Positions 15,293-23,321 of a stretch of DNA of 32,000 nt are shown here, in pieces. The first letter of the stretch is position 1, and every line of letters starts with the position of its first letter. Origin of the DNA: an uncultured Thermoleophilia bacterium (GTDB taxonomy: Bacteria; Actinomycetota; Thermoleophilia; Gaiellales; Gaiellaceae); assembly GCA_963826485.1 (NCBI GenBank), contig CAWGXF010000010.1, positions 380,466-412,465 of the forward strand. Direction: 5' to 3'. A program made the position numbers and the translations under genes. The notes under the pieces are model-generated. The model had not been told where the DNA came from and searched no databases. It saw only the letters and a program-made list of their open reading frames with translations.

Positions 15293-15961
15293 ATGCGGTA
15301 TGCCATGCATGAATCCCAGGCTTCGGACGGGCGCCTCTTCGAGTGTGCGGAGCTCGCTCAGCGCGTCCGTCTCCTCGCGGGCGAGCGCCGGGACGACAGC
15401 TCCGACGAGGTGCTCTATGTCCTGTCCGGGTCCGGCAACGCGACGATCGACGGCCGGGACCATGCCCTGCGGCCCGGCACCGCACTGTTCGTCGCGCGCG
15501 GCACTCCGTGGACGGTGGGCGGGGACGTGCGAGCCGTCTCCGTGCTCGTGCACGACCCCGCGCCGGCCGGGGCGACGCACGCGGTCGTGGATCTGACCGC
15601 CGCCGAGGAGGGCCGGGCGACCGCGGGGCGGGCCTTCCTCCTGGGGGCCACCCCCGAGGTGGGCTGCAGGTCGGTGACCCAGTTCATAGGCATGATCCCG
15701 CCCGGGCGCGCCCCCGAGCACTTTCACCGCTACGACGAGGTGATCTACGTGCTCGCAGGAGAGGGCGTGCTCGAAATCGGAGGCGAGCAGGCTCCCATCC
15801 GGCCCGGGACCTGCATCCACCTGCCCCGCGAGCTCGTCCACTGCCTCGTCAACACCGGCGAGGGTGAGCTGCGGGTGCTCGGCGTCTTCACCCCCGCGGG
15901 CTCCCCGGCCGAGGCCTACTACCCGGACGGCACACTCGCCGCCTTTCCGGAAGGGGGCTGA
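15293..15961 (+). CDS. Bicupin (two cupin domains; only the second has the H-x-H...E metal motif)
   Basis: Family-like sequence ...DEVLYVLSGSGNATIDGRDHALRPGTALFV... and ...PEHFHRYDEVIYVLAGEGVLEIGGEQAPIRPGTCIHLP.... The start is ambiguous among ATG 15236, 15293 and 15305. A TAGGTT box sits at 15277-15282. Confidence 0.75.
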   Translation: MRYAMHESQASDGRLFECAELAQRVRLLAGERRDDSSDEVLYVLSGSGNATIDGRDHALRPGTALFVARGTPWTVGGDVRAVSVLVHDPAPAGATHAVVDLTAAEEGRATAGRAFLLGATPEVGCRSVTQFIGMIPPGRAPEHFHRYDEVIYVLAGEGVLEIGGEQAPIRPGTCIHLPRELVHCLVNTGEGELRVLGVFTPAGSPAEAYYPDGTLAAFPEGG

Positions 15962-15963
15962 CG

Positions 15964-16404
15964 ATGCCGAGGATCGAGCGGACGGCAGACGTCGTCTGGG
16001 AAGGGAACGTCGCGCGCGGGCGGGGCTCGATCACGGCGGGCACCGGGACGTTCAGCTCGCTCCCGTTCTCACTCCCGAGCCGCATCGGCACGCCCGACGG
16101 CAAGACCAGCCCCGAGGAACTGCTCGCGGCGGCGCACGCCGGCTGCCTGACGATGTCGCTCGCAGGCGAGCTGACGCAGGCCGGGACGCCGCCGGGGCAC
16201 CTCGAGGTCACCTGCCGGATCATCATGGACGAGGTCGAGGGTGAAGGCCATCAGATCGTCGGGTCGCAGGTGACGATCAGGGCCGAGGCCGAGGGCGTCG
16301 ACGACGCGGCGCTCGCCGCGGCGATCGAGCGCGCCGACGCGGGCTGTCCGTTCTCGACGCTGCTCCGGAAGGCAGGAGCCGCCGTCGAGATCGGCCGCGC
16401 CTAG
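15964..16404 (+). CDS. osmC: OsmC family peroxiredoxin
   Basis: 146 aa (MPRIERTADVVWEGNVARGRGSITAGTG...PEELLAAAHAGCLTMSLA...ADAGCPFS). The two conserved Cys contexts of OsmC/Ohr are present. It starts 2 nt after the cupin stop. Confidence 0.9.
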   Translation: MPRIERTADVVWEGNVARGRGSITAGTGTFSSLPFSLPSRIGTPDGKTSPEELLAAAHAGCLTMSLAGELTQAGTPPGHLEVTCRIIMDEVEGEGHQIVGSQVTIRAEAEGVDDAALAAAIERADAGCPFSTLLRKAGAAVEIGRA

Positions 16405-16414
16405 AGCGCCTCCG

Positions 16415-16864
16415 CTAGAGCGCTTCCACGACCTCCGCCCGCACGGCCTCCGCCGTCCGGGCGATCGCGGCCGCGACGGGCGGCGTGAGCTCGTCGCCGA
16501 GCTCGAAGCTGCCCCCTTCGATCCCGAAGAGAACCGTGTGCCCGGGCAGCCGCCCGAGGGCGCGCGCCAGCTCGACCGCCTCGGCCAACCCGACATGATG
16601 GGTCGAGCCGCGGAAGAGGCCGGCGGGCAGCTCGGCGCTCGAGCAGTCGAAGCGGTGCAGCGTGCCGGGCGCGGCACCCGACGAGACGGCGTCGACCAGC
16701 CAGAGCCTGACGGCCCCTTCCCAGGCGTCGATCAGCGCGGTGGGCTCGCCTTCACGCTCGAGCAGATCGACGTCGAGCGGCAGTGTCCCCTCGAGGAGGC
16801 GCCCCACCGCGAGGCCCGCAGCGTCGTCGCGACGCCAGGGGTTCCCCACACAGACGACCTTCAG
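16415..16864 (-). CDS. [NiFe] hydrogenase maturation endopeptidase (HyaD/HoxW/FrhD type); start codon uncertain
   Basis: The C-terminal part of track ORF 16415..17908 reads ...[24 protein letters not shown]...[15 protein letters not shown].... No ATG, GTG or TTG lies just upstream of the conserved VCVGN strand. Candidate starts are CTG 16864 (CTGA overlap with the hyhL stop) or GTG 16903 inside hyhL. Confidence 0.8.
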   Translation of the reverse strand: MKVVCVGNPWRRDDAAGLAVGRLLEGTLPLDVDLLEREGEPTALIDAWEGAVRLWLVDAVSSGAAPGTLHRFDCSSAELPAGLFRGSTHHVGLAEAVELARALGRLPGHTVLFGIEGGSFELGDELTPPVAAAIARTAEAVRAEVVEAL

Positions 16865-18159
16865 CGCCGCTCGACCTCGAGCTTCAGGAAATGGGTCGCG
16901 CACGAGATGCACGGATCGTAGTTTCGAATCGTCTGCTCGCAGAGAATCGACAGCTCGTCGTCGGGAACATCGAGCGAGCGCTCGACCACGCCGCGGAGGT
17001 CCTCCTCGATCGTCCGCTGGTTCTGCGAGGTCGGCGGGATGATGTTCGCCTCGAGAATCGTCCCGGCGTCGTCGATCGCGTACCGGTGGTAGAGGATGCC
17101 GCGCGGCGCCTCGGTACAGCCGAACCCGACACCCGCGCGCGGCTCGAGCTCCACGGACGGAGCGTCCGGCTCCTCGTACTCGGCGATCAACCGCAGCGCC
17201 TCGTCGGCGGCGTACACCAGCTCGACGCTGCGCACGACGATGCTGCGGAACGGGTTGCGCTCGGAGGCGTGGAGACCCACCGCTTCGGCCGACTCGCGCG
17301 CGAGCGGTGAAAGCCGGTCGGCCGACATGGCGAACCGAGCGAGTGGGCCGCACAGATAGGAGCCGCGCTCGATCACCTTCGAGTGGAGCGCGTTCGACCA
17401 GGGCACGTGCTCCTCGACGAAGTGCTCGTCGTACTCCGCCACGGCGATGTCGAGACCACGGTTCGAGACGATGCGGCCCCGGTCGATCGGATACTCGCCG
17501 GGTGCGTCGAGGGCGACGAGCTCGTAGTCCTGCTGGTAGTCGGGAAAGTCGAAGCCGGCGGTGACGCGGACGGCCTCCAGCGCGATCTCCCGCGCGCGCT
17601 CGAGCTTCTCGACGAGCGGGGCGAGCTCGCGCTTGCGCGGCGTGCGATACCAGCCGCCGACCTTCACATTGATGGGATGCACCTCGCGACCGCCCACCAC
17701 CGACATCAGCTCGTTGCCGATCTTCTTCAGCTCGAGCGCACGCTCGACGAGCTCGGGGCTGTCGCGGGCCAGCTCGATCGCGCTCGAGTAGCCCAGGAAA
17801 TCGGGTGCGTGCAGCATGAAGACATGCAGCGCGTGGCTCTCGATCCACTCGCCGCAGTAGAGCAGCCGGCGCAGCGCGCGCAGCTGCCCGCCGACCTCCA
17901 CGCCGCATGCCTGCTCCATCGCAAGCACCGAGCTCATCTGGTAGGCGACCGGGCAGATGCCGCAGATCCGGGCCGTGATGTCGGGCACCTCGGTGAAGGC
18001 ACGCCCGCGCAGGAACGCCTCGAAGAACCTCGGCGGCTCGTAGATGTTCAGCTTGACCTCCTCGACGCGGCCGTTCTCGATTCGCACGAGCATCGCGCCC
18101 TCGCCCTCGACCCGGGCGAGATAGTCGGTCTTGATCGTCTTCGTCCGCCGCTCAGCCAT
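16861..18159 (-). CDS. hyhL: [NiFe] hydrogenase large (alpha) subunit, group 3 (3b-type operon context)
   Basis: 432 aa. N-terminal Ni-ligand pair RICGIC. C-terminal DPCISCATH followed by a 9-aa tail (FLKLEVERR), the expected protease substrate. Confidence 0.92.
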   Translation of the reverse strand: MAERRTKTIKTDYLARVEGEGAMLVRIENGRVEEVKLNIYEPPRFFEAFLRGRAFTEVPDITARICGICPVAYQMSSVLAMEQACGVEVGGQLRALRRLLYCGEWIESHALHVFMLHAPDFLGYSSAIELARDSPELVERALELKKIGNELMSVVGGREVHPINVKVGGWYRTPRKRELAPLVEKLERAREIALEAVRVTAGFDFPDYQQDYELVALDAPGEYPIDRGRIVSNRGLDIAVAEYDEHFVEEHVPWSNALHSKVIERGSYLCGPLARFAMSADRLSPLARESAEAVGLHASERNPFRSIVVRSVELVYAADEALRLIAEYEEPDAPSVELEPRAGVGFGCTEAPRGILYHRYAIDDAGTILEANIIPPTSQNQRTIEEDLRGVVERSLDVPDDELSILCEQTIRNYDPCISCATHFLKLEVERR

Positions 18160-18925
18160 CGGTCGAACGTACCTTGTCGAATGCCGCGACGTTGAAGGTG
18201 CCGAAGGCGCGCTCGACCGCAGCGTCGCTCATCCCCAGCACGCGCAGCCGGTGGGTGAGGGACACGGTGTTCGGCGTCTCCATCGGCCCGAAGCACCCGT
18301 AGCACCCGCGGTTGAAGGCGGGGCAGATCGCACCGCAGCCGGCGTGCGTGACCGGCCCGAGGCACGGCGTGCCGTGGGCGACGGTCACGCAGACCGTGCC
18401 GCGGGCCTTGCACTCCATGCAGACGCTGGTCGACGGGACGTTCGGCCGCCGACCGCGCAGCAACGCCGTGATCACTTCGAGCAACTGCCGCTTGTTGATC
18501 GGGCAGCCGTTCAGCTCGAAGTCGACCGCGACATGAGCGGAGATCGGGGTCGAGCTCGCGAGCGTCGAGACGTACTCGGGCGTCGCGTAGACGATCGACA
18601 GGAACTCGTCGACGTCGCCGAAGTTCTTGAGCGCCTGAATCCCGCCGGCGGTCGCACAGGCACCGATCGTGACGAGCTTCCGCGACGAGCGGCGAACCTC
18701 CATGATCCGCTCGAGGTCGTGTGGCGTGGTGACCGAGCCCTCGACGAGCGAGAGGTCGTAGGGACCTTCGACGGTCGCGCTGCTGGCCTCGAGGAAGTAC
18801 GCGATCTCGATCTCACCGGCGAGCGAGAGCAGCTCGTCTTCGCAGTCGAGAAGCGAGAGCTGGCAGCCGTCGCACGAGGAGAACTTCCAGACGGCAAGCT
18901 TTGGTTTGCGTTGCTCGGATGTCAC
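18152..18925 (-). CDS. hyhS: [NiFe] hydrogenase small (delta) subunit, group 3 type
   Basis: 257 aa. GTG start 18925 forms a GTGA overlap with the hyhG stop. [26 protein letters not shown] and Cys-rich distal-cluster motifs [11 protein letters not shown] and [15 protein letters not shown]. Confidence 0.9.
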   Translation of the reverse strand: MTSEQRKPKLAVWKFSSCDGCQLSLLDCEDELLSLAGEIEIAYFLEASSATVEGPYDLSLVEGSVTTPHDLERIMEVRRSSRKLVTIGACATAGGIQALKNFGDVDEFLSIVYATPEYVSTLASSTPISAHVAVDFELNGCPINKRQLLEVITALLRGRRPNVPSTSVCMECKARGTVCVTVAHGTPCLGPVTHAGCGAICPAFNRGCYGCFGPMETPNTVSLTHRLRVLGMSDAAVERAFGTFNVAAFDKVRSTDG

Positions 18926-19767
18926 AGCTCGCGTACCCCCATCAGGTTCGCGACCTCGTCGTAGCGGTAGACGGGGCCGTCACGACAGATCAGCGTCGGG
19001 CCGAGCTGGCAGTGACCGCAGTGCCCGAGCCCGCAGCGCATGTTCCGCTCCATCGAGAAGTAGATCCGGTCGCTCGGCACACCGCGCTCGAGGAGGCCGC
19101 GGGCTGCGAAGTGCATCATGACCTCCGGCCCACAGACGAAGGCGACGGTCGCCTCCGGATCGAAACGCGCACTGTCGATCAGTTTCGGCACGACGCCGAC
19201 CTTGCCCAGCCAGCCACCCTCGGCCGAGTCCACCGTGACGTCGACCTGCAGGTCGAACCGGGCGCGCCACCTGCCGAGGTCGTCGGGGTAGAGAAGGTCT
19301 GCCGGGGTGCGGCTGCCGTAGAGCAGCGCCACGTCACCGAACTCGCCGCGGCGACGGAGCACCTGCAGCACGGCAGGGCGCAACGGCGCCAGGCCGATGC
19401 CGCCGGCCACGACGACGACGTCGGCTCCGACGGCCTGCTCCACCGGCCACACGTTCCCGAACGGGCCGCGCACGCCGAGCACCTCTCCGGGCTGCGCCCC
19501 GCAGATCGCCGCGCTCACGGCACCGACGGCACGCACCGTGTGGACGAGCGGGCCACCGGGCTCGCCGGAGACCGAGATCGGCACCTCGCCGATTCCGAAC
19601 GCGTACAGCATGGTGAACTGTCCGGGGGCGAAGTCGATCCGCTCGCCCGCCACCGGCTCGAGCTCCAGCGTCCAGGTGTCGGCCAGCTCCTGCGTGCGCC
19701 GGGTGATCCGAAACGGATCCGGCGTCATCGGGCCGAGCGACCGGTGGAGCTCAGCTTGATCCGGCAT
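18922..19767 (-). CDS. hyhG: Hydrogenase gamma subunit: FAD/NAD(P)-binding ferredoxin-reductase-type protein with a C-terminal 2Fe-2S site (HydG/AsrB-like)
   Basis: 281 aa. [12 protein letters not shown] nucleotide-binding loop and a C-terminal [12 protein letters not shown] cluster motif. An alternative ATG at 19728 (MTPDPFRI...) would remove the 17-nt overlap with the upstream gene. Confidence 0.88.
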   Translation of the reverse strand: MPDQAELHRSLGPMTPDPFRITRRTQELADTWTLELEPVAGERIDFAPGQFTMLYAFGIGEVPISVSGEPGGPLVHTVRAVGAVSAAICGAQPGEVLGVRGPFGNVWPVEQAVGADVVVVAGGIGLAPLRPAVLQVLRRRGEFGDVALLYGSRTPADLLYPDDLGRWRARFDLQVDVTVDSAEGGWLGKVGVVPKLIDSARFDPEATVAFVCGPEVMMHFAARGLLERGVPSDRIYFSMERNMRCGLGHCGHCQLGPTLICRDGPVYRYDEVANLMGVREL

Positions 19768-20218
19768 ACCCGTAGACGTCGAGCAGACGCTGCCGCGTCC
19801 ATTGCAGGCGGCCGATCACGACCTGGGTGAACCGCGACATCAGGTCGTATCCGAGCCGGAGGTCGGTCTCGCACTTCCCGCGCAGACATGCTCCGTCGAA
19901 GCTCGTGGCACGCACGACCGAGAGAGCGCGCGCGTCGAAGTGCCAGCGATAAGGCGGGAAGAGCCATGACCAGCCGAGCACCTCACCGGCGTCGATCGTC
20001 TCGATCGTCACGGGGCCGCGCGTCGGGACGAACGTCTCCAGCGCGACGCTGCCGTGCCTGAGCACGTAGAACGTGTCGGCTTCTGCTCCGTCTCGGAACA
20101 ACAGCTCGCCCTCGCGAAACTGCACGTTCCGGCCGCAGCCCGCGATCAACTCGAGCTCCGGCTGCGTCAGGCCGCTGAAGAGCGGCACGGCTTCGAGGAT
20201 CTGCTCAATCGTCTGCAT
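19751..20218 (-). CDS. Standalone cyclic nucleotide-binding-domain protein with no output domain, embedded in the hydrogenase operon
   Basis: 155 codons from ATG 20218 ([61 protein letters not shown]...). GAGGGAG lies 6 nt upstream. The track start TTG 20224 is less likely. No HTH or other domain follows. Confidence 0.82.
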   Translation of the reverse strand: MQTIEQILEAVPLFSGLTQPELELIAGCGRNVQFREGELLFRDGAEADTFYVLRHGSVALETFVPTRGPVTIETIDAGEVLGWSWLFPPYRWHFDARALSVVRATSFDGACLRGKCETDLRLGYDLMSRFTQVVIGRLQWTRQRLLDVYGYAGSS

Positions 20219-21338
20219 GACCAACTCCCTCGTCTGCGCGGATCGCGGTCAGCTCTTCGGTCACGTCGATCCCGACCGGGCACCACGCGATGCAGCGCCC
20301 GCAGCCGACGCAACCCGAGCTGTCGAACTGGTCGTACCAGGTGCCGAACTTGTGGGTGAGCCACTGGCGGTAGCGTGAGCGCGCCGACGGGCGAATGCTG
20401 CCGCCGTGAATGTACGAATGGTCGACCGAGAAGCAGGAGTCCCACGACCGCGTTCTTTCGGCGTGCTCACCGGTCAGGTCGGTGACGTCCTCGACGCTCG
20501 AGCAGAAGCAGGTCGGGCAGACGAGCGTGCAGTTGCCGCAGGTGAGGCAGCGGGTCGCCACCTCGTCCCAGCGCTCGCTCTCCAGGTTCCGCGCCAGCAG
20601 GTCGCGCAGGTCCGTGGCGTCCACGCTCCGGCCCATCCGTTCGGCCGCGCGATCGATCGAGGCCGCCGCGGACTCCAGGTCCTGCGGCTCGGCCGCGCGG
20701 GACGGCAGCCTGCCCATCACCTCCGCCCCGCGCTCGGTCCCGGCCTCGACGAGCAGGCGATGGGCTCCATCGAGGATCTCCGTGAGCGCAAGGTCGTAGC
20801 CCTTCTCGGCTTTCGGTCCCGTTCCCATCGAGGTGCAGAAACAGGTACCGGACGGCTCGAAACAGTTGACCGCGACGATGAACGCGTCCTTGCGCCGCGC
20901 GGCGTAGTCACGGTCGGCGAAGCTGCCGCCGAGAAACACCCGGTCCTGGATCGCGATCCCGTGCAGCTCGCAGGCGCGCACACCGATCAACGCGAGCGGC
21001 GGGTCGTCGCAGGGCTCCTCCTCGACCTCGAAGCCGTCGGCGCCGCGCTTGGCCTGCCACAGCCGGATCTTCGGCGGGAAGAGAAACTGCTTCCACGAGT
21101 GTGGACCGACCGCGTACCCGAAGCGGGCCTCGTCGCCGCGCCGCTCGAGCCGGTACGAGCCGGCGTCGCTGACGTCCTTCCAGCCGATCGGAAGGTCCGC
21201 AGCGGACTCGACCTCCTCGTAGACGATCGCCCCGTCCCGCACGGTCGGGCCCAGCACGCGATAGCCGCGGTCCGACAGAGCACCGATCAGGTCGGCGAGC
21301 CCTTCGGGCGCGATCACACATGTCCGTACAGAGTCCAC
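20205..21338 (-). CDS. hyhB: Hydrogenase beta subunit: 4Fe-4S dicluster protein (HydB/AsrA-like)
   Basis: Family-like part of track ORF 20205..21590: ...[18 protein letters not shown]...CFCTSMG...[16 protein letters not shown]...[12 protein letters not shown]. Start proposed at GTG 21338 (AAGGGTGA upstream), with an alternative GTG at 21317. Confidence 0.85.
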   Translation of the reverse strand: MDSVRTCVIAPEGLADLIGALSDRGYRVLGPTVRDGAIVYEEVESAADLPIGWKDVSDAGSYRLERRGDEARFGYAVGPHSWKQFLFPPKIRLWQAKRGADGFEVEEEPCDDPPLALIGVRACELHGIAIQDRVFLGGSFADRDYAARRKDAFIVAVNCFEPSGTCFCTSMGTGPKAEKGYDLALTEILDGAHRLLVEAGTERGAEVMGRLPSRAAEPQDLESAAASIDRAAERMGRSVDATDLRDLLARNLESERWDEVATRCLTCGNCTLVCPTCFCSSVEDVTDLTGEHAERTRSWDSCFSVDHSYIHGGSIRPSARSRYRQWLTHKFGTWYDQFDSSGCVGCGRCIAWCPVGIDVTEELTAIRADEGVGHADD

Positions 21339-21449
21339 GAGTCGACAGTCACCCTTGCAGGATCCACGCCCGCGACCATCGGTAGGCCCACCGAGCCGAC
21401 GGTGCGGCTTTGCCGCAGATGCTACGCCGCGCGGCTGCCCATCCACCAC

Positions 21450-21455
21450 TACCAT
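21450..21455 (+). promoter_or_regulatory. Candidate -10 box TACCAT (TANNNT) ending 6 nt before the MFS ATG; implies a leaderless mRNA
   Basis: Direct reading: TACCAT-cgagga-ATG(21462). Pattern match only. Confidence 0.3.
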
Positions 21456-21461
21456 CGAGGA

Positions 21462-22673
21462 ATGGCGGCCGGCGAGCGGGCGGGAATCGACAGGCGCGCG
21501 ATGACGGCGCTCTCGGGCGGGCACCTGGCGGTCGACTTCGCGTCGGGCAGCGTCCCGGCTCTGATCCCGTTCATGACCGACCGCTTTCACCTGAGCTACG
21601 CGCTGGCGGCGATGCTGCTGCTCGCCGCAACCACGTCGTCGGCCCTCGTTCAGCCTCTCTTCGGCCTCTGGTCCGACCGGCGAGGCGCCCTGTGGCTGAT
21701 TCCCGGCGGCACGCTGCTCGCCGCCGTCGGCATCGGCGGCGCCGCGGTCTCGCCTTCATACCCGCTCGTCCTGCTGCTCGTTCTCGCAGGCGGGCTCGGA
21801 GTTGCGGCGTTCCATCCCGAGGGCGCCAAGTTCGCCTCGTATGCGAGCGGCCACAAGCGGGCGAGCGGCATGTCGTACTTCAACAGCGGCGGGAACGTCG
21901 GCTACGCCCTCGGCGCGTTCGTGACCGCGCAGCTCGTCGTCTGGCTCGGCCTCGTCGGCGGGCTCGTCGCGATGGTGCCCGTCTTCGGCACGGCCCTCGT
22001 CCTCGCGCGGGCGGCGCCGTCCCTGTCCTTGCTGACACCGCTCGGCCGCACGGGCGAGCTGGCGCGGGGCGACGACCGGCGCCGGGCGATGGCGCTGCTT
22101 TCGCTCGTGATCGCGCTGCGCAGCGTCGCGTGGTTCACGCTGCTCGCGTTCGTCCCGCTCTGGGTCGTCTCGCTCGGCCACTCGAAGGCGGACGGAAGCC
22201 GGCTGCTCTTTCTGATGCTGCTGGCAGGCGCGGTCGGGACGCTCATCCTCGGGGCCGTCGCCGACCGCATCGGGCTGCGGACGACACTCGTCGTCACACA
22301 GGCCCTGCTCGCGCCCCTGATCATCGTGTTCGTCTACGTGGGAGGCGTGGCGGGCGTGGTCGCGCTCATGCTGGTGGGCGTCTGTGTCGTGGGCACCTTC
22401 GGCGTGACGATGGTGTTGAGCCAGCTGTACCTGCCGCGGCACGTGGGGATGGCCTCGGGGCTGTCGGTCGGCCTCGCGATGGGCGTGGGCGGCGTCGCAG
22501 CGGTCGTCCTCGGTGCGGTCGCCGACGCCGTCGACCTCAAGGCTGCGCTCACGCTCTGCGCCGTCGCACCCGCGATCGGCGTCTTCTTCTGTCTTCGGCT
22601 GCCCGCGCCGGCGCGACGGGCGGCCCGCCAGAGCGCTGCCCCGGCCGGAGCCCTGGAACCGGCCGGCTCGTAA
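21462..22673 (+). CDS. MFS transporter
   Basis: 403 codons from ATG 21462 (MAAGERAGIDRRAMTALSGGHLAVDFASGSVPALIPFM...). Roughly 12 hydrophobic segments. The upstream 352 codons of track ORF 20406..22673 are the antisense shadow of hyhB. Alternative ATG at 21501. Confidence 0.85.
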   Translation: MAAGERAGIDRRAMTALSGGHLAVDFASGSVPALIPFMTDRFHLSYALAAMLLLAATTSSALVQPLFGLWSDRRGALWLIPGGTLLAAVGIGGAAVSPSYPLVLLLVLAGGLGVAAFHPEGAKFASYASGHKRASGMSYFNSGGNVGYALGAFVTAQLVVWLGLVGGLVAMVPVFGTALVLARAAPSLSLLTPLGRTGELARGDDRRRAMALLSLVIALRSVAWFTLLAFVPLWVVSLGHSKADGSRLLFLMLLAGAVGTLILGAVADRIGLRTTLVVTQALLAPLIIVFVYVGGVAGVVALMLVGVCVVGTFGVTMVLSQLYLPRHVGMASGLSVGLAMGVGGVAAVVLGAVADAVDLKAALTLCAVAPAIGVFFCLRLPAPARRAARQSAAPAGALEPAGS

Positions 22674-22676
22674 CAG

Positions 22677-23276
22677 CTACCGGACGAGCCGTGCGAGCGC
22701 GTCGAGCGCGACGCGTTCGCCCTCGAGGGTCTCGACCGGCCGGTCGACGCGTTCCGCACGCTCGACCGCGAGGCCGCTCCCGTTCAGGTCCGAGACGACA
22801 TCGAGCGCCGTGTACAGCACCCGCGGGTCACGGGGACCGCCGTAGCCGTCGGCGAGATTCGCGCTGTCATGGCCGACGAGCAGGAACGTCCCACCTTCGG
22901 CAACCGCCGCCGCGGCCGCGCGGAGGATCGGGCGGCGGATCTCGGCCACAACCTGGAGGTAGAAGACCAGCACGAGGTCGAATGCCCGCACCGGCGGCCG
23001 ATACGCGCGAAGGTCGGCCTCGAGCCACTCCCCGTCGACGCCATGCTCCGCAGCGAGCCGGTGCGCCTTGTCGATGGCGACACCCGAGAAGTCGACGCCG
23101 GTGATCCGCCAGCCGCGCTCGGCGAGCCAGACGGCGTTCCGGCCCTCGCCGCAGGCGAGGTCGAGCGCCCTCCCTGGCTGGAGACCCTCTGCCTCGGCGA
23201 CGAGAAAGCGATTCGGCTCTGCCGTCCAGAGCAGACCGCGTTCGGCGTAGCGCTGGTTCCAGTCGGCCTGCTCCAC
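22677..23276 (-). CDS. Class I SAM-dependent methyltransferase (TehB-like size and motifs)
   Basis: Last 199 codons of track ORF 22677..25076. GTG start at 23276 (MEQADWNQRYAERGLLW...). Motif I LDLACGEGRNAVWLA. The remainder of the ORF is the antisense shadow of the SulP gene. Confidence 0.82.
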   Translation of the reverse strand: MEQADWNQRYAERGLLWTAEPNRFLVAEAEGLQPGRALDLACGEGRNAVWLAERGWRITGVDFSGVAIDKAHRLAAEHGVDGEWLEADLRAYRPPVRAFDLVLVFYLQVVAEIRRPILRAAAAAVAEGGTFLLVGHDSANLADGYGGPRDPRVLYTALDVVSDLNGSGLAVERAERVDRPVETLEGERVALDALARLVR

Positions 23277-23321
23277 CCGGTCAGCATGCCGGACCGGCGT
23301 GGATCGCGCGCCCTCATCCCC

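Noticed and set aside
16401-16423. 9-bp direct repeat CTAGAGCGC at the convergent osmC and protease stop codons
   Set aside because: It is short, and it is explained by the two stop codons (TAG and CTA) plus similar GC-rich context. There is no hairpin or other structure in the 10-bp gap.
17941-17970. HyhL L1 motif reads [10 protein letters not shown], with Tyr where I expected the His of R-x-C-G-x-C-x3-H
   Set aside because: I cannot establish from memory whether group 3b large subunits normally carry His or Tyr at this position. An alignment is needed before calling it unusual.
20406-21461. N-terminal 352 codons of track ORF 20406..22673, and likewise the first 600 codons of 22677..25076
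   Set aside because: These are shadow extensions across hyhB and the SulP gene respectively. Recognisable family sequence begins only at 21462 (MFS) and at 23276 (methyltransferase).
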